Assembly (NCBI RefSeq): GCF_020745735.1
Contig: NC_083426.1
Location: 20,584,001-20,648,000, forward strand
DNA from: Hemiscyllium ocellatum
Taxonomy: Eukaryota
Direction of reading: 5' to 3'
Length of the DNA stretch: 64,000 nt
The position numbers and the translations under genes were made by a program. Position 1 is the stretch's first letter. Each line of letters starts with the position of its first letter. Below the pieces are notes generated by a model, which worked only from the letters and a program-made list of their open reading frames with translations, did no database searches and had not been told where the DNA came from. Shown one piece after another: positions 54,121 to 64,000 of the stretch.

Positions 54121-54312
54121 CGAGAGTGTGGTGCTGGAAAAGCACAGCAGGTTAGACAGCATCCAAGGAGCAGGAGAATCAGTGTTTCGGGTATAAGCCC
54201 TTTATCAGGAATTCCTAATGAAGGGCTAATGCCCAAAACATCAATCCTCCTGCCCCTCGGATGGTGCCTGACCTACTGATCTCTAGCATCTTCAGTCCTC
54301 ACTTCCTCTATG
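54121..54312. mobile_element. Family-1 palindromic element with 11-bp TSD
   Basis: attttaagcct at 54110-54120 and 54313-54323; two head-to-head decayed hammerhead-like cores. Confidence 0.75.
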
Positions 54313-55580
54313 ATTTTAAGCCTACCATGTATCATGAGAATAATAGTCACTGGACCCTGTGTTAACTCTGCCAGAACCCCTTGATATTTCCAGCACTTTT
54401 TGATTCAGATTTTTGTGAATATTTTACTTTTCTTTCATTGTATCTTTAGTAATGCTGAAACTTTTAGATTATTGGAGTTATGTTCCAGAATTTCACAAGA
54501 TGTAGTAACTCAGCAAGAAGGTCCATTATTTTTATGTTTAGCAGGGTTCGTATCTGAAAAAGGGTAATCAACTTCAAACATTTACTCTGTTCCTCTCCAC
54601 AGATGCTGCATGATCTGCTAACTATGTCAAGCATTTTCTGTTTTTATTTCAGACTTTCAACATCTACAATCCTTTATTTTTGTAAAAGGAAACCTCTAAC
54701 GGGAAAGATTTCTTTGGTAGCTCTTTAAAACAATATAGAAGGATAACTGAACTCAGATTCCGTGATTCATATTATCAGGAATTTAAATGAGATATATTGG
54801 ATCAGAATTCTGGAACTCCATCATTAATGGCATTGTAGATTATGAGCTTTTCTTTTGTTTTTCCTCTTAAAATTGCTCAGTGATCCAGCAAATGATCATA
54901 ATACATGTGTTGGATATATTCAGGCGCAGCAATGCCCAAGGAATAATTGGGTTAATTCATTTTTACAGCATATTAAAAAAGAAATTGTTCCTCAATCTTG
55001 TTGACTGCAAATCTCCTGTGTTAAAACTTTTAATTGTACATGCAGCATAGTTTATAGGGATAGCTAAAATCTGCTGTTTAGAATAGTGTGCTCCAATTTT
55101 ATCTACCTGGTTTGGAGTGAGGTGGTGGGGGAGGAATGCTGCTGTAAGTTGCCATTTGTATGCAATGTCATTTGAAGTTAGTTTTCAGAGATATTTGCTG
55201 TACTTGGATTTGCATATGTTCTGTACTGTACATACTGTACTGACTAACATTTGACTCCATGTTAGTCAAAGTTAAGCTCCATTTTTTATATCAGTGTTTT
55301 AATTTTACTTCTGGTATCTCTGATTTGGCTTGTTGCATTATAAATATTTGGAGATAATAATGGAAATTTTTTTTCTTATCTAATTATCACTATTCCTAGA
55401 TAATATATATTATATTGGAAAGTAGAAAGGAATGTGATATCCAGTTAGTTGGTCAATGTTGGATTTTTGGTTTGGCAGTCTGTTATGTCTGAACTGAAAA
55501 ATAATTAATTCTGGAAAATCTAGTTTTCATTTGACTGTTTAGCCAGATCATTAAGTATGTTCCATTCTCCCTTACCCAAG

Positions 55581-55766
55581 CCGTCACATGCGATGACCTT
55601 CCACCTATCAGTAATGGGAAAACTCCATCACTACCTCGTGGAGATCACTGGCAATATGGAATGGTTGCAGTATATTCTTGTAACAATGGCAATTCGTTGA
55701 TTGGTGCTGAGAAACTTATTTGTACAGAGTCTGGAAAGTGGGACAATGACCCACCTACTTGCAAAG
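55581..55766 (+). CDS. Gene 2 exon 5, CCP3
   Basis: 186 nt, ccaag|...aaag|gtacag; VTCDDLPPISNG...YSCNNGNSLIGAEKLICTESGKWDNDPPTCK. Confidence 0.92.
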
Positions 55767-55959
55767 GTACAGAACTTTGTTATCTTTAAATTGTTTGCAA
55801 CTTAACTTGCAAGTGTATAGTTCTCGGGTAGTGTTTACATAAATGTTGCTATTTACTCCTTTGCTAAAAATCATTTAATAGACATGATGAAGAAATCGTT
55901 CATCATATGTTAGAACCCTTGCTCGTTTTTTACTATCATTTTTGATAGAAGCTATATTG

Positions 55960-56222
55960 GATTAGATTAGATCACTTACTGTGTGGAAACAGGCCCTCGG
56001 AAGAGCAACCCACTCAGACCCATTCCCCTACTCCTAATACTGCAGGTAATTTAGCATGGCCAATTCACCTAACCTGGACATTTTTTTGACTGTGGGAAGA
56101 AACCGGAGCACCCGGAGGAAACCTACACAGGCATGGGAGAATGTGCAAACTCCACACAGACAGTTGCCTGAGGTGGAAATTGAACCCGGGTCTCTGGCGC
56201 TGTGAGGCAGCAGTGCTCTATG
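55960..56222 (-). mobile_element. tRNA-derived SINE (HE1/V-SINE type)
   Basis: Reverse complement of the head/core seen at 2973; (attag)n tail. Confidence 0.8.
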
Positions 56223-58366
56223 CTGAGAGTTGAAAGAAACGTACAGACTATGAGCAACAGATTTGTTTTTCTAAAAGAAGGAAAACAAACAAACCGATAT
56301 TTGTTTATAGGACCTGACATGGAAATTAATTGCAGGTTGATTCTTGATCAAAGAATACTGGAGACATTTTGGTTCCTTAGGTGCATGTCTCAAGTGTTTA
56401 GATTAGATTAGATTGTCGAGTGTTCGGATGTTCGCAGCATCCATCAAAGAGAGGCCTATGTCAATCAGTCTTATTGAGAGTATGTTGAGAAAAACAGAAT
56501 GAGGAACCAAAGTTTGAATTCTGCTTTTTGTCAGGAGTATGGCTGCCAAATCTACAGGATGGAGGTTTGATTGATCCCTGGTGATCCTCCCAGAGTTAGT
56601 TGTTGATGGTTTGGAGAATAGAATGTTAGTTATAAGAGGTATATAAATATTTCAAGCTACTTGCATTGACTGATATCTTGAAAAATCAAACAAGGTAAAA
56701 TCCTATGTGCCTGTGATATTCAAATCATTGAATTATCCAGTTATATATCTTTTATTTCTCTTTTAATTTATCCCTTCATTGAGTGTGTGTGTCTGTCTTT
56801 GTGAGTGGGGACTAGACTCAGAAGATTGTATTTAAATCATAGATATCAATTAGATTATCTCATTGTTTGACGTTGCTCAGCTCAAACTCCTATTTTTAAA
56901 ACAAATAATTATTTTGTTTTAAGCTATACATTTGGTGTCTGGTGTAGATTATTCAAAAAAGTCTGATTAAGAACCATTGGAGGCATTTTCAGAGTGATAA
57001 TTGCATTGTGATACAGATGCAGGGATAAGGAGGCTGATTTGATTTGTCCATGTTGTAACGCATGTATGTCTGAAATGTTAATGCTATTCAAAAGTAAGTA
57101 TTTTCAAGTATTCTTCTCATAAGTGACACCTTGCATGTTACTTTTTGTTGTGTCAGTCCTTTTTGAAAACAATATCTTGTGCTGTGCAGGCCAACAATCT
57201 CTTAGTAACTCTCATTTCCAAGCGTTACTAGGTGATTCCATTAAATTCTGCCAAGCAGAATAGAGTCATAAGTCATTGCAAAAAATTTAATAGGTCTTTT
57301 AGGACTGTTCAGGGGTCAATGAAGAGGCATTCAAAGGTAATGACAATGTGGTAGATTCCTTGAAAAGGGGAGAGAGAGAGGAAATAAAGAGAGAGAGAGA
57401 TATATGGTTGCCTTGTTAGGCATTGCTGCTTTTAGCTGTATTGTGGAGAAAGCAGCTGAACTGCTCAAGTTGTAAAACTTTTATTGAGAAGTTCAGAGCC
57501 ATTGAATATTTCCTTGCTGATTGACCGCCCAAATACATTTAAGGAGCTATTAGACAACTAAGTTTTGGGGTCATTTGTAGACAAGTGTTGGAACCTATCG
57601 GGACTTGGAAGAAACTGTCCAGAATGATTAGTTGAGATTGGGTATAAAAGGTTTATCACAGGTATTTACTTAACCAGCTAAGCAAAGTTAGAATTGAAGG
57701 AAACACACTAAGGTAGTTCTAGATTGGTGAAAAACTGGAGTTATACGTATAAGTTCAATAGTGTAGTTTTTGGAGACTAAGGGAGCATAAACCCAGGAAA
57801 GGAGAGCAATACTTCAGATCAGTTGTCATAGGTTCAGTCCAATTCCTGAGAAGGAATTTCACAGTCAGATGAACAAAAATGAAGAATTTAATCTCTTGAG
57901 AAATTGAATGAGATTAGATGACTTACTGCATTATGAACAGCTGGGGGGAGTTGCTCAGAATTTCATGGGATCTGACTTGATTGCATTTGCTGTTGTGGGG
58001 TGTTCAATCACATCTGTTGCCCTTATTAACCACATGTTAATTCTGGGTGTTAGAATATAAATGGTAAATGTATTGTAAATTGTATTACTGTTCTGACATT
58101 GTATATTAATGTTTATTGTTTTGTTCAAAATCATGGACTCTTGCGATCTGTTATCTTAACAAGTACCCCTTTGTCAAGTAAACAAACTGGTTATTGATTT
58201 CAGCCAGATTGACGCTTTAATTTGGTGATCTGATCCAGGATTATAAAAGTTTTCAATCTGAATCTATTCTGCGTTTCACATATAGCCATTTTGCTATCAC
58301 CAGTTAGGTTGGATGACTTCTATATTTTCCAACAACTTAATTTTATAAGTATGTTGATATGTTATA

Positions 58367-58574
58367 GCTGAAAATGTGTTGCTGGTTAAAGAGCAGCAGG
58401 TCAGGCAGCATCCAAGGAACAGGAAATTCGACGTTTCGGGCAAAAGCCCTTCATCAGGCTTTTGTCCGAAACGTCGAATTTCCTGTTCCTTGGATGCTGC
58501 CTGACCTGCTGCGCTTTAACCAGCAACACATTTTCAGCTCTGATCTCCAGCATCTGCAGACCTCACTTTTTACT
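58367..58574. mobile_element. Young family-1 palindromic element with 15-bp TSD
   Basis: 83-bp inverted arms (58366-58448, 58457-58539) with 2 mismatches; tgttgatatgttata at 58352-58366 and 58575-58589. Confidence 0.88.
58431..58458 (-). ncRNA. Hammerhead ribozyme core motif (minimal, Penelope-type)
   Basis: Minus strand reads CCUGAUGA-A-GGGC-UUUU-GCCC-GAAA-CGU, followed by C; activity not shown. Confidence 0.6.
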
Positions 58575-59582
58575 TGTTGATATGTTATACTTTACCTTGT
58601 TGCCAAATCAGAATATGACAATAATGCATGGGAATGCTGGAGTTTGGGATAATACTCTCTTTTTCTAAATCAGCCATACTCATTTGAGATAAGTGGAAGC
58701 TTGTAAACTGTTCATGAGGCTTATATTTTAAATTCAGTTGTTCACTTTCCAAGTGCAGACAAATGCCATTATCTGAATAGATTGTGAAAATATTGCCCAT
58801 TTTAAGGCATGATGTTCTGCAGAATCATATAATGAAACAGTGAGGTAAAATGACAATAATATTTTTGCTTGGACATCTTTTAATTTATAATACAAGGCTG
58901 GAGCAGCTAAATATGCTGCTGAAACAATTTTTTTCTCACAACTATGAACCCTTGTCAAATTGTTAGAATAGAAAATCTTGACCTTTTAATTTGTTTTAAA
59001 CTTTATCAAGATTGATATAGTTCACAATACTGCCATTTATTAAGTAGTGTAATATTAGCTCAGTTGGATTATAGTAAAATTAATGTAAGAATTTTGGCAG
59101 TGGAGTTAAAGGAGTATTTTATAACTTGAACAAATGAATATCTGTTCAATTTAGATTTAGCCTAGAATGGTTATTTTATAGAATACTAGTTTGATCTGTG
59201 AAAGGTTAATTTGTATTCAAAGACAGTAAAAATGGCACAAGTAGGACAAATCTAACCTAGACAAGCTCAATCTGTTAACCTACATAAACCATAGTTAAGA
59301 TTATTTCAAGACATCTAAGAAAAAAACGCTATTCTAAATGAAAAGAGATTCTTAAATTTTAGTGTACTCAAAAGAGAATTCGGAATTTGTAAAAGACACT
59401 CATTATATATTGATTGATATTTAACAACAGGGCTTAAAAAGCACGATGTTTTAAAATCTTATGTCCACACATCTCTTTTATAGCATAGATATTGTACTCA
59501 CTGATGATAAAGGTAATATTACTGGTATATCATAAGCTCAGTCAGCTATCTAGTACATCTTGATGTATTATGTTTTTTGTAG

Positions 59583-59765
59583 TTGTTGAATGTCAACGTC
59601 CTGAACTGCCTGCCAATGGCAAAATAAAAGAAGGATTTGGACCCAAATATAGATATCAAGAGACCATCAGTTATATCTGTAATGAAGGCTTTGAGATGGT
59701 TGGCAACCATGTGATTGAATGTAAAGAGAACAATACATTTATACCATCACCACCTATCTGCAAAC
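59583..59765 (+). CDS. Gene 2 exon 6, CCP4
   Basis: 183 nt, AG/GT; VECQRPELPANG...YICNEGFEMVGNHVIECKENNTFIPSPPICK. Confidence 0.93.
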
Positions 59766-60442
59766 GTAAGTAACGATTCCTTGAGATAAGTCCTGCATTT
59801 TTGGTTCTCTTCACTCTTGTGAAGGTTTTAAATAAATGAAATCAAAAGATGTGGTTAGTAGGGTGAACATTGCTTCAAGTCTGGAAAAGTATGTAATGTG
59901 TATTTTTCTGTTTTGGACTTCCACTGATGTGGATATTTTAAATAAATGAAGTTTTGTGCCTTGATGTTCTTTTAAAATACTGCAAGATTGGTTTTCAAAA
60001 AATACCTAGCTGTTAAAAATACAGCAGCCAGAACACCTTGCTAAGGTTTTAATTATCTCTGAGTGAAAAGGGTTCAAAGTATAAAGCCTTTTGTCTTCTT
60101 TAAAAAGGTATTGTTCTGTCTTCACGTAAGAGAATTAGTGCTGTTGATTGTCTGCTCCAAGAGGGGTTGTTCTGCGGCAATGTGTGATGGTGCAGGTCTC
60201 CCATGTTCACAATAAACCTATTTTTTCATCACATGAGTCAAATCTGCCAGCTATCACCAATAAAATTCACCAGTTGGTGAATAAGTGGAGGCATTTGAGC
60301 AGTAATCCTGCCTAATATGGTCCATGATTAACATAAGACCACCAAAATAGCAAGATAAAAAATATTAAAGTGCATTTAATTCATTATTAACTGTTGAGGT
60401 AGGCTTATGATATAATAATAATTGAGGTGTTGACTAATTATT

Positions 60443-61335
60443 GAGTCGTAGAGATGTACAGCATGGAATCAGACCCTTCGGTCCATCCCGTCCATGCCGA
60501 ACAGATATCCCAACCCAATCTAGTCCCTCCTGCCAGCAGCCGGCCCATATACCTCCAAACCCTTCCTATTCATAAACCCATCCAAATACCTCTTAAATGT
60601 TGCAATTGTACCAGCCTCCACCACTTCCTCTGGCAGCTCATTCCATACCTATACCACCCTCTATGTGACAAAGTTGCCTCTTTGGTCTCTTTTATATCTT
60701 TCCCCTCTAACCCTAAACCTATGCCCTCTAGTTCTGGACTCCCTGACCCCAGGGGAAAGACTTTGCCTATTTACCCTATCCGTGCCCCTCATACTTTTGC
60801 CTCCAACACTCCAGAGAAAACAGCCCCAGCCTGTTCAACCTCTCCTTATAGCTCAAATCCTTCTACCCTGGCAACATCCGTGTAAATCCTTTCTGAACCT
60901 TTTCAAGTTTCACAACATCTTTCTGATAGGAAAGAGACCAGAATTGCGCGCAATATTCCAACAGTGGCCTAACCAATGTCCTGTACAGCTGCAACATGAC
61001 CTCCTAACTCCTGTACTCAATATTCTGACCAATAAAAGAAAGCATACCAAATGCCTTTTCACTATCCTATCTCCACTTTCAAGTGCGACTCCACTTTCAA
61101 GGAGCTATGAACCTGCACTCCGAGGTCTCTTTGTTCAGCAACACTCCCTAGGACCTTACCATTAAGGGTATAAGTCCTGCTAAGATTTGCTTTCCCAAAA
61201 TGCGGCACTTCACATTTATCTGAATTAAACTCCACCTGCCACTTCCCATTGGCCCATCTGGTCAAGATCCTGTTGTAAACTGAGGTGACCCTCTTCGCTG
61301 TCCACAACACCTCCAATTTTGGTGTCATCTGCAAA
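60443..61335 (-). mobile_element. CR1 LINE 3' fragment
   Basis: LFADDTKIGG, WQVEFNSDKC and QRDLGVQVH; same family as 13361-13950. Confidence 0.9.
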
Positions 61336-61784
61336 CAAATAGCAATAGGAATAATTTGATAAATACTCGGCTGGTAGAGGGTTTTGAGAACCATTGGTCA
61401 AAATGTACTCTTGTGCTTCCAAGCAGACTTCCATGCCACGTTTGAAGTAACTAATTGAATCCCAAAAAGATATTTTCGAAAAGGAGTTGATTAACTGGCA
61501 TTTGAATTTATCGATGCCAACTGCTTAAGAAGTAGACTAGAGAATTCCTCACAGGAAAAGAGAATACCATAACAAACACTAGAAATGATAATCATGTAAC
61601 ATAACCATGTCACTGTATGTTGCTTGGCCTTTAACAATACCTTAACAAGGTGTCTAATGTATTGATCTTCTAATTTTCATGATTCTGTGGTATTCCATTG
61701 GGCAGGAGCTGTCCACAATTGTATTGCAGGTTAATTTTCTTGAAGGATTCATAAAGGGCGTTCTCTAATTGCTCAAGAGGCAAA

Positions 61785-63345
61785 GACTGATGGAAGCTAG
61801 GCCAGTTGTGTGCTCCTCTTGCAGCATGTGGGAGATAAGGGTCACCACTGGTGTCCCTGCTGACTTAGTCTGCGAGATGTGTACCCAGCTCCAGCTTCTC
61901 ACAGACCATGTTAGGGAACTGGAGCTAGATGAACTTCGGATCATTCAGGAGGAAGAGGAGGTGATAGAGAGGAGTTATAAGGAGGTAGTCACACCTAAGT
62001 TACAGGATAAAGGTAGCTGGGTGACCATCAGGAGAAGGAAAGAGAATAGGCAGCCAGTGCAGGGACCCACTGTGGCAGTTTCCCTCAATAATAGTATACC
62101 ATTTTGGATACTGTTGGGGTGACGACCTACCAGGGGAAAGTCACAGTGGCCAGGTTTCTGGCACTGAGCCTGGCTCTGTGGCTCAGATGGGAAGGGAGGA
62201 GAATAGGAGTGCGACAGTGATAAGAGATTCAATCGAGAGAGGTACAGACAGGAGATTCTGTGATCACGCGCGAGACTCCCGGTTGGTATGTTGCCTCTCA
62301 GGTGTCGGTGTCAGGGATATTTCACATTGAGTCAACAAGGATTCTTAAGGTGCAGGGAGAGCAGCCATAAACCGTGGTACACGTCAATACCAATGACATA
62401 GGGAAGGAAAGGGAGGAGGAGCTAGAAAGAGAATTTAGGGAGTTAGGTTGGAAGCTAGAAGTTAGTGGGTGTAGAGTAGTAATCTCAGGATTATTAGTAC
62501 TAGTGAGGCTAGTAATAGAGAGTGAGTGCAGATGAACTTTTGGCTGCCAGATAATATAGGAGGGACGGCTTCAGATATGTGGATCATTACCTCCAGGGGA
62601 AGGTGGGACCTGTACAAGAAGGATGGGTTGTACTTGAACTGGAGGGGCACCAGTATCCTGGGCAGGAGGTTTGCTAGACATCTTTGGGAGGGTTTAAACT
62701 TGAGTGACATGGGGTAGAAACCAGGTGACAGGCAGGAATGGACAGGACTGGCAGCTTAATGTTCCAGGATACAAATGCTATAGGAAGGAGGGGGAGTGAC
62801 ATTTTTGATAAGGGATAGTATTACTGCTTAGGGAGGATATTCTGGGAATACATACAGGGAAGTCATTTGGGTAGAATTAAGAAACAAGAAAGGAATGATC
62901 ACCTTATTGGGATTGTAGTACAGACATCTTAATAGTCAGCGGGAAATTGAAAAACAAATTTGCAAGGAGATTTCAGTTATCTGTATGAATAATAGGGTGA
63001 TTATGGTGGGGGATTTTAACTTTCCAAACATAGACTGGGATTACCATTGTATCAAGGATTTAGACGGAGAGGAATTTAAGTGTGTATAAGAAAATTTTCT
63101 GATTCAGTGTGTTGATGCACCGACTAGAGAAGGTGCAAAACTTGATCTCCACTTGGGAAATAAGGCAGGGCAGATCACTGAGGTATCAATGGGAGAGCAT
63201 TTTGGGGGCAGCAACCATAATTCTATTAATTTTAAAATAGCAATGGAAAGGATAGACCGGATCTAAGAAGTTTCAAAAGCTGATTGGGGGCAGCTGTTCA
63301 CAGTAAAGGGACGGCTAGAAAATGGGAAGCCTTCAGAAATGAGAT
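61785..63345 (+). mobile_element. Degenerate CR1 5' portion (ORF1 zinc finger/esterase-like region, endonuclease start)
   Basis: VVCSSCSMWE...CEMCTQLQLL, LYKKDGLYLN and GDFNFPNIDW remnants. Confidence 0.8.
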
Positions 63346-63990
63346 TACGAGAGTCCACGAAGTGCTTTGAAAGGCTGGTCATGGCATTAATCAACTCCAG
63401 CCTCCCCACAACTCTTGACCCACTCCAAATTGCCGATCAGACCAACAGATCCACATCAGATGCCATATCATTTGCCCTTCACTCCTCCCTAGAACATCTT
63501 GACACCAAGAACAGCTATGTAAGAATCCCACTCATTGATTACAGTTCAGCATTATTATCCCCTTTAGACTGATTACTAAACTTAGTGATCTCGGACTAAG
63601 CCCCACTCTTTGCAACTGAATCCTCAGTTTCCTGACCCACAGGCCACAATCAGTGAAGACTGGGGATAATATTTCACTCTCACTAACACTCAACACAGGA
63701 ACCCCCCCGTGTGGCAGCTGTACCATTCAAGATCGGAGGTGGTTACAGAGAATGGCGAACTCGGCCCAACAATCACAAAGGTCAACCTCCCATCTGTAGA
63801 ATCCATCTACCAGGCCCGCTGTCAAAGAAAGGCCTCCAACATTCTCAAAGATCTATCCCACCCTGGCAATGTTTTTCTACAACCTCTACCATCAGGGAGA
63901 AGGTGCCTGAATGCACGCACCAGCCGGTTTTGTAATCGTTTCTGCCCTACTGTTGTTAAAATACTGAATGGACTCTCAAACTCTTAACAT
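63345..63990 (+). mobile_element. Degenerate Rex1/Babar-like LINE RT fragment
   Basis: KCFERLVMA...LDPLQ...NRSTSDAI and ILKDLSHPG...LPSGRR. Confidence 0.75.
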
Positions 63991-64000
63991 TCGCCTGTAC

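Larger units (their letters stand above)
39578..59765 (+). other. Gene 2 span (3'-partial): CD46/C4BP/CD55-like RCA gene with signal peptide and CCP1-4
   Basis: Six in-frame exons; the second CCP is split over two exons at the conserved Gly, an RCA hallmark; orthology not resolvable here. Confidence 0.88.

Noticed and set aside
51345-58250. Possible solo LTRs at ~51345-52420, ~56420-57060 and ~57340-58250
   Set aside because: Composition is suggestive, but I could not fix ends or TSDs by eye.
59766-64000. Further gene 2 exons (STP, TM or more CCPs)
   Set aside because: No convincing exon found; the region is mostly LINE sequence, so the gene likely continues beyond the window.

Overview
AT-rich vertebrate genomic DNA, most likely from a shark (HE1/V-SINE-type tRNA SINEs, abundant CR1 LINEs, Penelope remnants). 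It looks like part of a Regulators of Complement Activation (RCA) cluster, with two spliced + strand genes that the ORF track mostly misses. Gene 1 (5' end outside the window, stop at 32621) encodes a type I membrane protein. Its visible ectodomain is 10.5 tandem copies of one 57-aa split-exon CCP/sushi module: ten 97-nt 'a' exons and eleven 74-nt 'b' exons, all intact. These are followed by a 30-nt exon, a TM exon and a CD46-style tail exon. Gene 2 starts at a CpG/NRF1 promoter (~39.15-39.65 kb) and has the classical RCA layout: signal peptide, CCP1, split CCP2, CCP3, CCP4, continuing past the window. Gene 1 appears to be an amplification of the split CCP2 module seen once in gene 2, arranged as a higher-order A-B-C-D repeat. 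Introns hold CR1, Rex/Babar, RTE, Harbinger and LTR remnants, plus short Penelope-type palindromic elements carrying hammerhead-ribozyme core motifs. Exon coordinates were read by hand; repeat boundaries are approximate.
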